A stretch of DNA of 64,000 bases from Microbotryum violaceum (Eukaryota): the NCBI GenBank assembly GCA_001244265.2, contig CDLV01000004.1, positions 620,001 through 684,000 of the forward strand. The letters run 5' to 3'. The notes beneath the pieces were generated by a model. It did no database searches. It was not told the DNA's origin and saw nothing but the letters and a program-made list of their open reading frames with translations. Both the position numbers and the translations under genes were made by a program. Below, in pieces: positions 12,482 through 25,402 of this stretch. The number at the start of each line of letters is the position of its first letter. Within the stretch, counting starts at the first letter, position 1.

Positions 12482-14016
12482 GAGGTAGACGGGCCTGTCC
12501 CGGCGCCGAGTTGCTCCCGTCGGTAGCGGTGTGCCACCGGGCCCAGGTCGCCTATTTGCATAGGTTTTTCTGGCCGCGCGGCGGCGCTACTAAGACTGGT
12601 TACTTTTTAACCTGCCTGAGGTGCCCGCGCGTGCCTCAAGTGGAAGTGCGACTTGACTTCTGACAAATCGCACTTTTCACAATGCATGCATGACCAGGGA
12701 CTTCTCGCCGCTTGACCCTCAGCTGCGCACCCAACGCAGCATCGGACAGTGCAGTAGAAGGCTGTGGGCAAATTGATGGAAAGTGCAATACAGAGGGCGA
12801 CTGGTAGATCTCAGGTTCTATCTGCTATGTGAAAACCCGAGTATTCAAGACAATTTCGATGGCAATGTTGACCACCGGTGGATTTTCCCCGCGCCGGGTA
12901 CCCTGACTCAAAAACCTAGTCACTTTCAGTGCCACTACAGTACGATCTGGTGATGACCCTCGTTCTTACAAAGAAGATTTCAAGCAAACAGAACCGAGGA
13001 GACCGATTGAGATACCACCAGAACTGTCATCTGCAAAGGCTGCGTTGGTCGACAGTAGAAACCGTCGGAGGCCAGCAATAGCTCGCAGGCCACTTGTGCA
13101 CTCTGATGCGAGGAGGAATGGTAGAGTACGAAGAACAACATCGTGATCCTGACTCAAGGATGTTCGTTCAGGTGTATACACCCCACTTTTCTGTCCATAG
13201 CGAACTCTGAGCTTCCGCCTTTACGATGTAACAGTAGTACATGTACCGGTGAGAGCACGCAACAGATCGGGTCACACGGCAGAGAGCACATGAAAGGCGC
13301 AGGTGTGATTGGCATCAAAGTCACCTGTTTCTCAGCACCGGGACAGATATCATTGGTGTATTGTCAAACTCATTCCTCGTTATCAAACTAGAATGAGTTC
13401 AATCATACACGAACATCCTGTCAGGGGGATTAAGTGCGTCGTCATGTATCTGAAATGTCGAGAGTCCGATAATGTCGACGCAAACGTACAACTGTCTTAG
13501 TGGCTGTGTGGCTTAAAGTGGCCAAGACAACAGCATTGAAAAGCACCGAAAAACAGATCGAGTATGGGACCAGATTAGCCTTCGTTCGAGTACACATTAG
13601 AGTGTGGGGGTAAATGGAGTCTGATAATTAGCAATGTGATCTCTGCTGAGATCTCAGGAAGTATCAACAAAGACCTGGCACGGACTTCGGGCATCTGACT
13701 GGCCTGACTGCGCACGCTATAAACACCAAATGCAATGGCGGAAATTTGAAAGCGCACTAACTAAGCGCAGCCAAGAAGAGTGCCCGCTTATCTTATCGCC
13801 AGTAGCAGAGAGCTTTCCTTCTGGATCTCTAGCTGACCTGTTAGACCTCCCGCTGTCGGCACTACTGCTGGGCAGTAACCTTTTCAAGCGGGCTAGAGCG
13901 CATTTAAGCGGTAGCCAACCCCTGTCAGCGTTGGTTGCTCGGTCGTATAGTTGCTACTTTGCATTCCCTGCACTTCCGAGGGAAGGGAAATATTGTATGA
14001 CATGAAGAGACACTAG

Positions 14017-15463
14017 TCAATGAAAAGGCAAAAGCACGCGAGCGCTCGCATCATCTGTTTGGATTGAGGCTTTTGGAACAAGAGCCTTCGATTCCAGACA
14101 GCCATTAAAAATTTCACAAGTTTCGTCATCACTGCCATCATCTTCCGCATTGAACTCCCACTCCTCAAGCACAAATGCACCGTTGTCTGTGGCGTCGATA
14201 GAGTAATGACTCAAATCGTCGCTCGAATGATCACTCATGTCAAAGTCAACTCCTTCGTTCGTGTTGTCGTCCGTCTCATCAATCGTGTCACCAGGGCTGC
14301 GGGCAAACGAAGCCAAATCCGGCAGGCCATCCGCTGTCGTTTGCTCAGCGTCGTCGGTACACCAAAGCCGAAGCGCCACGCACCCCTCCATCTGTTGTTC
14401 GCCCGTGTCATGGGTGCACTGCCACAGGTAGTAATCAAGGCTCGGGATCGATGGCTCCGATGGAGGGGGCTCCGAGTCGGTCGACGTGTCGGACGCGGCC
14501 TCGTTGGGTTGCCGTGAATACTGTGGTACTCGGGATCCGGTCGCATTCCCCATTCAAATTTCTCAAAGCTAATAGAAGTCGAAGCGGCAGTAAGTTCTGG
14601 ACTCGGGCGTCTCGACGACGAGTCATTCCCGGCGGCCACGAGAGGAGGGAGAGGAAGAGGATGTGATTTCGAACGGGCCTTCACTTTTGCGCCGCAAAGA
14701 CTCGGAAAATGACGAGCATTGGTGGGATCAGTAAGGCAGCGTTTGGAAGGAAGACCGAGCCCGATATGCGGAGGAAGCGGTGAAGGGGAATGAACAGAAA
14801 GCAGCGGTTTGAACTGCCGGGACGTTTGAGGGGAGTTTTCTTCTTGTTTTCAGGAAAACTTCGAGGATCCAATACAAATTTTTCTTGTCTCTCACTTTTT
14901 TGCGTGTTTCAAGTCTCGTTTGGCATCGTCTCCAGCCTCCGACCTCAGCGTTTCGTTCTCGAACTCGGTCTCGCTTCTCGATTCTACCCCCACTGCAGTC
15001 TCTCATGTCTCTCGCCTTGGCGTCTTAAAGCTATTAATCATACCTTAGCCTTTTATTATCATATCATCTTTGATCGCTATACCATAATGCGAGCAGCGTA
15101 GCCGGAGGATTTTACAGACGCCTCGCTCTTCGGGGACAAGACTGGCTCCTTTTCTCGTTCTCGCACGGGCCATGACCTCATGGCATCTTGTTCTTTTTCT
15201 TTTTCTTCTTCGGCCCATCCCTCTGGCCCCGTGGTCGCCCCGCTCTCGATGATCGCGTCAGCCGCCTTCTTCTTCCTCCGCCTCGTGAATTTCTTACGCT
15301 TGGTCTTGGTGTCTTTTTCCTTGTCTTTCTCTACTAGGGACGCTGGATTTGCTTGTGGTAGTGTCGATGTGTGTCGCAGGGAGCCCATGCTTGAAGCGAT
15401 GCCGATGAGTGCAAGGTATGCGCCTCTGATGTGCATAAAATACAATCTGTCATTCTTGACCAC
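14017..15463 (-). other. Unidentified gene-like remnants (Lys/Arg-rich piece followed by an acidic piece)
   Basis: ORFs 15077-15463 (KDTKTKRKKFTRRRKKK) and 14017-14553 (Asp/Glu-rich) lie on the same strand; no recognisable domain. Confidence 0.3.
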
Positions 15464-16083
15464 TAGACTAAAAGCAAGTCGTAACTAGAACTCGGCAGTT
15501 CGATGTAAGGCCGGTGGCCTTACAGAAGGATCGCGAGTACTGGGCCGATCGACTCGTCGTATTCGTTGTCCTTGAAGAGGTATTGTAGACTGTATTCTGG
15601 TTTCAGGGGGTCGGTTCGAATGAATGTGTTCCTCTAAGAGGGAGAGAGAGGACCGAGACTGAACTACACAAAAGGGGGAAACCGGCCAATAATGGTCCAA
15701 TATTCGGTTAGCCGGGTTTCGGCCAGATTCAGTCGTTGGTCATGCGCGTGCGAGGCCGCTCGGGCCTCACAGTGGGGGAGGGTTAAAGCTTGAAGGTGGG
15801 GGGTGCCAGTGCCATGTGTTGAGGCAAATGGCCGATTAGCGTAGGCGAGTTAGCAAGTGCACTACTTAGCCGCTATTCTGCCTCCGAGCGCGGGCCGTGG
15901 GGGGGGGGGGTGGTATACCATGCCTGTATCATCGTTTTCCTGGGCCAAATTTCAAAAAAGCTGCCTTAACGCGTTGCGCGCGACCTGGTTTTTTTGGCAG
16001 GCTTAATTTGACCCGCATAGATGGCAGCATTGCGCGCTCGACGGCCGTATTACCCCCGCTTCACGGTTGAATTCCGCTTGACT

Positions 16084-18182
16084 AGGACCCCCGAAAGCCA
16101 GCCGGAGGCGCATTTTTTTTTTTGACATTTTGAGGACTCAAAATCCTGAAATTCGTCGAGGCGCATTGCAAAATATTGAGATTTTGGGACGAAACACACG
16201 TTTCGCCCCCGAGGCGCATGTCTAGATTTTGACATTTTCCCGTGAGTTGGCCCAATTTTGGCCTACCCTGAGCAGCCTACGGCATGACTTTGGGCCCGTT
16301 TGCCTTCGCTTCGAGACGCGTTTTGCGATGCTCGCGCTTGAACAAGTCACTTAGTACTAGCCATCTTCGGTAGTCACTTGAGTTAAGTGGCTGTGAGGGA
16401 TTAGGCCGATTAGATATTGAAAGGGCGCAGGTTCCGTTCCGCTTCACTTCGGTCCGAGATTGGAGCATAGCACGACAACATCATCCCATGCAGACCTTGA
16501 ACGATGCCTTCGATTGATCATTGCCACTCACCAACATGAACATGACGATCGCCGAGCTCCTCGCCTTCGATGTCGCTCCCGCCGACGCGTCTCTTCACAT
16601 CGAGTTGTCCAAAGACTAGCTCACCCACTACTCGACCTTATCATCTACTCGAGGCCGTTGAGAAGGCAAACAGCTTCTCACGACGACCAATCGTGCGTCC
16701 ACCAAGCTCAACTATCGAAATTTTGGTCTAAGCTAACGCGTGTTTGGTTCTACACAGCCCACACAATTGAAACTTCCGCCTCAAGTTGTCGATGCTCGCG
16801 ATACCAATTTATCGCTGAACTGGCCAACCTGATTGCCCATCAAGCTGCTCATAAGTGTAGCCACCTCAGAGCTGTTCTACTCAAAGGGAGGCCAATGGAA
16901 TTGAGCGACACAAGTCGCGGAGAGGCAGGCTTAGAGATTAGCAATACAGAGCAAGGACGCAGTGCAGTACATTCACGCGTCTTGAAAGGGTTGGTGCAGT
17001 CCATGGGACCATCTCGCTTCGAAGACATTGCGGGCACCGCAAGGAGCTTTCGCTGGACTGGAGGTGGCCAGGTGGCCCGAGCGCTCAGAACAAACGAGAT
17101 TCAGAAGAACGCCTATATTGAGGACGGCCACATTCAAGTGAGTTGTTGCTGAATTTAGGAACGAAGGCAGCTGGATCTAATGTTTTGCCGGTCCTATACT
17201 TTTAGGAAAAGCTCCTGAGAGAGACAAGCAGTATGGAGCGCTAGCACAACGCTAACCTCATTTTGGATCGCTTGACGGAGCTGTAACCGCTGCCACACCA
17301 TTGGAGATTGGATCTCTGATCTGCTTTGGCCTCAAGCGTGGCATGCATTCACTCAGCTGCGATCAAACTGCTTATGGAGAAGAAGCGCTGTCTATCGGAA
17401 TTGGTGCATTGTTTTGAGTGGCAGTTGAGCTGTGAAGTTCTTGTTTGACACAAGTCTTGTGTCCTACAGTGCGATACATCTACAGCAAAGTGACAACAAA
17501 CCACTGCAACCAAGACACGCTCGCCTCGTTGGTTCTACTGTCAAATGTCGTCGTACAGGAGCTTCGCCTCATCAAGAAAACATGCTATTCCACACACCTC
17601 ATTGATGGCACTATGCCGTTCCGCATGATTGATAGTCGACAGGTCATCGAGTCATTAGGCCCGTCAACGACTACATATCGTTCAACCACGGACCTTACCT
17701 CATGTTACCCGGACGAGCGCCTAATCAGCACGAGCGCACATGCCGAGCAAAGGTTTGCCGCCCTTCGGAGCGTGCCCGGCCTGCGAGATGCCGCCGGCAG
17801 AACCTCTACAAGTCGCACAAATGCCACCGCGGAAACAAGGAGCTCAACTTCAGCAAAAAGGAAGTCTGACAACGAAGCAGCGAGCCAGCCAGCACAGCAA
17901 GGAAGGCTTGTTTGAAGCCTGGAGCCACGCGCAACACCAGCCGAAGCGACGCGCGCCGCAAGCCACTTTCGATAGGCCGCGGCGCGCCCGCAAACGCTCG
18001 GAACGCGTTTTCGAGGACTTTTGAGCGATTTTTGGAGCATGTAGAACACGCTTTGATAATATTTCCGAGGCGCATGCGAAATTTTGACATTTTGGGGCCA
18101 AAATAGGGTAAAAAACTTTGACAAAAAGGCCAAAAAAGGGCGTTTTTCCGCATGCGCCTCTGGCTGGGCTTTCGGGGGTCCT
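16084..18182 (+). mobile_element. Non-autonomous 2.1-kb deletion derivative of the P-like/Ulp1 element
   Basis: TIRs AGGACCCCCGAAAGCC...GGCTTTCGGGGGTCCT. Flanks GCTTGACT (16076-16083) and GCTTTGACT (18183-18191). The two halves match the two ends of 37086-43968 in reverse complement. Confidence 0.92.
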
Positions 18183-18216
18183 GCTTTGACTTGCTTCTCC
18201 GCTCATCGACAGTTTC

Positions 18217-19658
18217 ATGTTCTTTATCGCCCGCTCTTCACTCTTTGCCCAGACGACCCGTCGCGCCTTGAGCACCTCCACCACCAAGATGTCCAACTAC
18301 AACGTGCAGTTGATCCTGTCCCAGTCGCCGGCTATGTTGCCCGCCTTGCCCTACCCCTCCGATGCGTTGGAGCCTCAGTGAGCCACGCGCAAGGCCCGAA
18401 TGCGTGCATGAAGCGTATGAAGCAGCAGACTGAATGAACACACGATCTTGACCGCACAGCATCTCCAAGGCGATCATGGAGTTGCACCACTCCAAGGTAA
18501 GCGCTCCCTCCCCCCGCTTGACTCCCTAGTGGGGCTGCACCTGTCCTGTGCGATCCATGATCGATGCGTGCTCCTCCCACCTCCCCACCTCACCACACCA
18601 CTTCACCACTCCCGCGGCCCGGCCGCACCTCGGCCTCTGCATGGCTTTGAGAGTGTGCACAGCTGCTGACCCAGTTGGTTCAATTCAATCCCACAGCACC
18701 AGTAAGTGTGCCTCGGCCCTGAACACGCGTCTCTGGCCCCCACGTCGGCCTACAGAGGGCGATCTGGCATCGCGTCTCATGGCGTGCGCTCCCACTGACG
18801 CCATCGCATCCGTCTGTCTACTGCCGCTCCACCGCCCCACCGCCCCACTCCGAACTTGACCAACCAGTCAAACTTACGTGACCAACCTCAACAAGGTCAG
18901 TCCACTCAATCACACCCCCCGATCCGCGCCCATCGAACCGGTGCTGACGGATCATATCCCCGCTTGCGTCCCCGATGGCGATTACGTAAACCGGAAACTT
19001 TCCCCTCCCACTCTCACCGACCAGGCCGTTGAGGACTACGCTTCCGCCGTCTCGTCCAAGGACATCAAGAAACAGATCCAGCTCCAGTCGGCCATCAAGT
19101 TCAACGGTGGTGGTGAGTACCTTTTAGGTCTTTTGGGCTCACCGACACCCCTGTTTTCCACTGACCACGGAACTTCCCATCACGATCTTGCAGGTCACAT
19201 CAACCACGTTAGTATAGAGACATGCACGTCCTAAGCACACGAGCCCTGTACCTAACCCCGAGTCGTGATACCCACCACAGACCTTGTTCTGGGAGAACCT
19301 TGCGCCCGTGAAGGAGTCGCAGTTCCCCGAGTCAGGCCCCCTCGCCGATGCCGTCAAGGCATCGTTCGGCTCGCTCGACAATCTCAAGAAGGAGGTCAAC
19401 GCCGCCGCTTTGGGCATCCAAGGCTCCGGCTGGGCCTGGTTGGGATACAACGCGTCGACCAAGTCGCTCGAGGCGGTCGCGACCGCTAACCAGGACCCCT
19501 TGTTGGGCTACACGGCCTTGCTCGGCATCGACCTGTGGGAGCACGCCTTCTACCTCGACTACAAGAACGTCAAGGCCGCTTACCTCGAGGCGATCTGGAA
19601 GGTGATTAACTGGAAGACCGTCGAGGCTCGCTTGACCGCTTCCGGCGCCAAGCTTTGA
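18217..19658 (+). CDS. SOD2: Manganese superoxide dismutase, mitochondrial-type precursor, 7 exons, 236 aa
   Basis: Exons 18217-18377, 18460-18496, 18697-18701, 18868-18895, 19025-19112, 19194-19207 and 19281-19658 sum to 711 nt, all GT-AG. Motifs LPALPYPSDALEP, MELHHSKHHQTYVTNLN, FNGGGHINH, GIQGSGWAWL and DLWEHAFYLDYKN. Confidence 0.96.
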
Positions 19659-20073
19659 ATCTGACGAACAGAGTTCTTCTCACCGAACCGTTTCTGAGCA
19701 ATTTCTGCTTGGGAAAACCTCTCGAACCTCCGTGAAAAGATCAAAGAAAAGCCTTACAATGCCCCGTTTATAGTCAATACAAAATAAATGAAATCTGAAT
19801 GGAATGTCACATGATTCGTCCCCAGATCTCGCATCAATTCGAGAATCGTTGCGGTGCAGGTACACGACACGTCTCGAACACAGACAAAGCGTTGCTTTGC
19901 TGCTGCCTTTCCTATACAAGTCAAGATTGATGCGAATGATCAAAGCCCGACGACTGTGCCGTTGGCCAATCTGAGCTATGACCGCATCGCTGGTTCGACG
20001 TTGATCGTTGCCCGACTCGTCTCGTCGATTGTTTCAACTGCGGTCCCTTCGTGCCGCCGTAGGAGCAACCGCA

Positions 20074-22117
20074 ATGGCGGGGTGCAAGACGATCAAGACA
20101 GCGCGAACACGTGGACCTGTACCATCATGGCTTCGAGGACTCTCTCTGCCCTCGCTCCTGCTGGCGTGGGGCATCGCCTCGTTGTTCGCAGGCACGGCCC
20201 CACCGTTCGCTGGTATTAATGCTGATGCTGGTGCCGGTGCTGGTGCCGGCATGGGGGTCTATGCAGCAACGGCTCTTTTGAACATCAGCAGCTCCACAAC
20301 GACGACGATCCTGCTCGATGATCCGTCTACAAGTGTGTTCAGCCTCCCCGCTGGAACGATGGCTTCGTTCGCGATGGCTGCTCCCTCGGAAACGACGACG
20401 ACTTCGAGTTCGACAACGGCGGTGCAGATCATGCTTAGCGTTTGCCAAGTACCGCTTTCGCTCCAGAACGCCGATTCAAATACTGCCTTTGCTTTCTTGG
20501 CGAGCACCCCGACCTTGTTCATCTCGAACGACTCGTCCCTTACTTCCAGTCCCGGACCGAATGATGGTGTCACCGAATTGGCTCTCACCAAAGCGCAGAG
20601 GAAGAATTATGCGATCCAAGCTTTCGTCGATGGCTTCACCAATGCTTCCTTTACTTCGACGAAATCGGGTGGCGGAGTATTTATCGGGGTTTTCGCACCC
20701 AACTCGACTGTGTCGGATGAATGGGCGTATTTACTCTCCGTCACTTCGTCCACTCAAGGATCGGATTCGATCATCCTCGAACGTACCGCCGGATTTCGCG
20801 TCGAAGGAACGGACTTTTCCTCCGCACTCCTGACCACCAGGCCTTACCCCACCAATTCGACCACTCCCGCCTTTGCGGGTATGATCGCACGAACGTCGAT
20901 CCTATCCACCACGCTTGCTTCATCGTTGTGCTTCCTTCAGAATGGATTGGAGGACGTCGTTTCGAGTCGGAGCATCAATCAGACGACAACGACGAGGCTT
21001 ACGGCGCAGGGGTACGTCAAGACGCAGTACTTGGTTGAAGGATTGAAGAATGGAGTCAATTACACGGCTTGGTTGGTCGAGACTGCGGCGGATGGGTCGC
21101 GAAAGTTGTATTCGCCGAATTATTTCGCTACTCAGACTTGTAAGTTCGCTTTACTTGAACTGCTCGACCACGATTTGGGACCTATTGATTGCTGTCACCT
21201 GACACAAGAACGATTCATCGATAGCAACCTCATGTCAATTGATCTACGACGTCCCTTTGTGCCCTCTCGTGGCCTACGCCGTACCTTCACCACTCAGCGT
21301 AACGCCCGAAGCCCTCATTTCCTTCTACTCTACGAACTTCTCCACCTACCTCTCAGCCTTCAACCGCACCCTATCCACCTTTCCCTGCAACGACTCGACG
21401 GGTGATTTTTCCCCTGTCTCGACGTGTCAGGATTGTTTGGACGCTTATACGAGTTGGCTTTGCGCCGTCACGTTCGTGAGATGTACGGATGCGCCGGAGG
21501 GGAGTACGGTATTGGAGAAGGCGATTTGGTCTGATTTGTGGACGTTACCTTCAACCACTGCTACGGGAACGAATGGGAGTTCTTCTACATCTCTATTCTC
21601 TAATGATGGTAAGACCGAATGGACTTCGACTATCGTGCGAGACAATCCGACAGCTTCGCGAACCTCTTCACTCTCGTCCGATAAGTTAGCGACCTCTTTC
21701 CCTTCCCTCGTTTTTAATACCTCTTTCACACCCGAACGAGCGAGTCCGTTTCCTTACGCCGAGGTCTTACCCTGCTTGGAATCGGTGTGCGAACTCGTAG
21801 GAGCGAAATGTCCTCCTTTGGTGGGATGGGCGTGTCCGCGAGCGAAGGGAGGGATGGGCAAGTCGGGTTATGCGATGCTGAAAGAGGTTGGGAGAGGGGA
21901 GAGACAGGTTGAGAGTTATGGGGAGGCGCAAAATGGAGGGATGGTCAAGGAAAGTGCAGAAGGGAGGAAGAGGGATTCGGATCGGTTTGGGAACGTCTTG
22001 TAGGTCCTTCGTTTGAAGAAGCGAAGATGACGAGAAGACTGATCCGCTTGAGCGCTCTTTCGCCACAGTTGTAACTCCTTGGGATCCGATATGCTCTTGG
22101 CACAGCAGTTCGTTTGA
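20074..22117 (+). CDS. MID1: Mid1 calcium-influx channel subunit, about 3 exons
   Basis: Hydrophobic N-terminal segment, many N-x-S/T sites, and a Cys-rich C-terminus (LIYDVPLCPLVAYAVP, TFPC, FSPVSTCQDCLDAYTSWLCAVTFVRC, YAEVLPC, FGNVFCN). Introns near 21140-21224 and 22000-22068. Confidence 0.88.
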
Positions 22118-22451
22118 TGATCCTTAAGTCGGCACAGACCCATCCGTGTTCTCTTGTGCTACTTGGGGCCAGATTACCTTGTCTTGCTTCAAGGATCGCC
22201 CACTGTTTCGATTTTTCTCTCCATCTGTCCATTGTTGTAGTGTTATCGACGTGTCAATCTAGAAAGTGGCTCACAGTTGACGGAGTACAGTCAGATACAC
22301 TGGTCGTATTTCACCAACACCGAGAGAGCTCCAAATGCGTTACATGGGGAGGATGCGGAAAGGCGAATAACGGTGAGGGCCGCGGCTAACACCAGATAAG
22401 TAGGAGGCAAGAACACAACAGCGAAAACGGTGCGGAGCGACACAAGTGATG

Positions 22452-24918
22452 TTACCGTACCACTTCGACAGGTATCTCAGGTTTCGGTAAACGATGCTCC
22501 TGATGACGATGGCTGGTTTCCTGAACCTTTTCCTCCCACTTCATCAGTTCGGCCATGAACCCAATGTTGGGACTGACGCCTTTCCTCCGCTTGCCCACGA
22601 ACGAATAGGCCTGATCCAACGACATCTTGTGCGATTGGACCAAGTAGGCGACGACGATCATTACGCTGCGACTTTTCCCTGCGCGGCAGTGCACATAGAC
22701 GGGTTCGTTCCGAAGCTGGCACGCGTCGATGAGCTGACACGAACGACTCAGGACGGCTTGAATGCCCGTCTCTTCGACGACGTCGCGTAAGGGGAGATGG
22801 TGGTATTGGTTCGCACGGGAGTACACCGACCGCACCAGGGAGTCCTTGCACTCGATGGCGAGGTTCAATATTGTCTCCACACCCATCGATTGGAGCTGTT
22901 CCACATCGGTCATGGTCGCTGGCTCAGGGCCGAGGTAGAGGAACGAGGGGAGGATCGTCGAAGGGTCGAAATTCGACTCGTCGGAGCGTTGCTTTGAAAA
23001 GGCTTTGGAGGGAACATTGGCCGACGACACGGCGCGTGGGATCGCCGGACGTCCCGAGAGGCGTTCCGAGGCTTGTATGCGACATAAAGACTGGAGCGAT
23101 CGCGCGCCAGGCATCATGTTGGGCGGCGCCGTCGGAGCACCTTTGCTCGTGTTCCATCCCAACGAGGATTCGGACGTGTCCAAGCGCAATGGTCGAGCCC
23201 GAGGAGCCGCGCTACGAGGCGAGATGGACATGTGCGCGGGTGCCAAGCTCAGGAACGTCGGCGTCGTTGGCTGTTCGGGTGGCGTATCTCCAGAGCCCAT
23301 CACGGCGTTGACCGTGATCGACCGACTGCGGGGTGGCGAAGGTAGAGCAAAGGTAGGCGTCGGCTTAGATCTGACCGGTGCCGAATCTTCCCTCCCGATG
23401 CAGCGCCATTCAGCGCTCAGGCCGTTCTCCGACCAAGCGTTCGCGAGCGATCCCTTCAAGACACTGGCTTCCTCTACCTCTGGCTTTTGGCGCAATATTT
23501 TGAGTAAAACTTCGACAGCGTCCCTTTCACTACTATGGGGGTCATGGTCGTCTTCATCGACGTCGCCGACTACGATGACGCCATACGAGCCTCTGATCGA
23601 GTTGACAATGAGTTTGCCCTCGTCGGTGGTGACAAATTGGTGCAGATCAAAAGAGCAAGTCTGTTTCGAGCTCTCTCCCGGCTTGCTCAGACGCCGCATC
23701 AGCAGAGCTGGGAAGGCCATGTTTCTGTGTGGTGTGAAATCCGTGGGAGTGAGAACGGAGGTAAACAAGAGAAGATCGCGAGACGGAGCGGTTAAATCAG
23801 GCTCTGCAAACTTACACCGAGCCCTTGATCCTTCCACTGGGTCCCAAAAAGTCTTGCACCGGCCTCACGTCAATAACAAGCGACGTTGTCGTGCTTTCGC
23901 GATCGCGCTCGAGTTTCTTGGATAGCTCGTGCGCAGTGATGTGGACATCAGCCTGAGTGGGCGATTCCGAGGTTGGGCCGGGCGGCAAAGGGAAAGCGTC
24001 TCCGCTGCTGGTTTCGGTCGGCGATGTCGAGGCGCGAGGTGGAAACAAGAAGACGCTTGACGAATTGTCTCGGTCACGGGACGACAACGGGTAGGCAGAT
24101 TGTGCGGGTGAGGTGACTAAGAAGCGGCGGCAGCGCGACCAAGAGAGTATGTGAGTGCAAGTTCGGATCGGACGGGTCGGAAACTTACTTCTGGTCGACG
24201 GCGCGAACAATCGGCCCAGCACCGGTGTCGCAAGCGATGGTGTAGCCAGTGAGGCCGTGGTCCTCACCGTAGTATCCAGGCTCGATGGCGCTGTAGCTGA
24301 CGCCCCCGACGACTTGGGGTGATCGACAGAATCGAGGGGTCGCGAAGTGAGCGGCAGGGAGTTACTGTGCCGGGTGGGGATCGGGATTCTGGCCGAGATG
24401 CCTGTCCCTGTCGACGGTGGCACGGAGGGACAGCTGTCTGACTTGGGCCTGTCAAAAATACCATTGCCATGATTGATTGTCCGCGCAGTCGTGGACCTCG
24501 CCGTAGTCGTAGCTGTGGCCGCGAGCACATTCGCAGTCGACGCCCCCGTGCTGGACCCGGTTGCACCGCCGCGGAGAGCCAAGCCACCCGCACCACTTGG
24601 CGCGCACTGCTCATCCTCGTCGCCGAAGTCGGAGTGGTCCGTCAGCATGGGATCGAGGTCTTTACCTGAATCGATCCTGCCCCACAACGTCGTGCTCGCA
24701 TTCGAAGAAGCGCCATCATCATCGTCGTCGTCGTCGTTGTCGCTGTCGCTGCCGCTCGCAAGGCCGGGGATGGGTGGCGACGCGCTCCTCACAGAGCGCT
24801 TTGAGGCGGGAGAGCTGGTCAGCCGGTCCAAAGGCAGGAGGAGAGACGGACTGGGCCGCGAAGGTGTAGTAGGTGGTGCAAGCCGGGCTTTGTGCAGGTC
24901 GGGCTCGTTCTGTGGCAT
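22452..24918 (-). CDS. Rhodanese-like plus dual-specificity phosphatase (MAPK phosphatase, Msg5/Pmp1-like)
   Basis: Rhodanese-like LVIDVRP...RIKGSV|NMAFPALLMRRL spans an intron near 23.8 kb. DSP domain has ILPSFLYLG, VHCRAGKSRS and VSPNIGFMAEL. Confidence 0.9.
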
Positions 24919-25402
24919 GGCGGTAAAGTACGCGAAATCACCGACTTGGCCGACGGCGGCAAGGTCGGATCAATCAGCCTTCGGAGAGGGTGGACCCCGC
25001 TCGAGTCCGAGGCGTGTATGCAGAACTGTCCGGGAGCGGTGCAGGCGGCAGGGAACCTCCCGAAACCAGGTTTGATCTTGTGGTCAAAGTCAATGCTGTG
25101 GGGCGACCCGAGCGCAAGTGGCAAGAGGACAAGTGCAGGATGGGGTCAGAGGGCAGCTTGGGCTCAGCGACCAGCCAGATGCTTTGCGCAGCGCTGAAAC
25201 AGGACCGCTGGAGACCGCTGGAAAGGGACTGAATAAGCGCGCACGGACCGCCTGCCGCGACCGAGAAGGACCCTCGGACCGAGATCGGATCAGCACATAC
25301 TGTCGCTCGAGTAAGATGGCTTTCGTGACCTTACAGAGCGTCGAGCTGTTTCTACCTCGTAGCCTTGAAATGCATTCATGTGTATGGAAATCGTCATGAT
25401 TC

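Larger units (their letters stand above)
3897..12485 (-). mobile_element. KDZ (Kyakuja-Dileera-Zisupton) DNA transposon with long TIRs
   Basis: 3902-4030 is the near-perfect reverse complement of 12356-12481 and encloses a KDZ transposase. TAGAC occurs at 3892-3896 and 12486-12490 (candidate TSD; the outermost bases of the termini match imperfectly). Confidence 0.85.

Noticed and set aside
23005-25075. Long plus-strand ORFs opposite the phosphatase (and similar ones opposite UTP10 and copia)
   Set aside because: Antisense shadows of GC-rich coding sequence, with no motifs.
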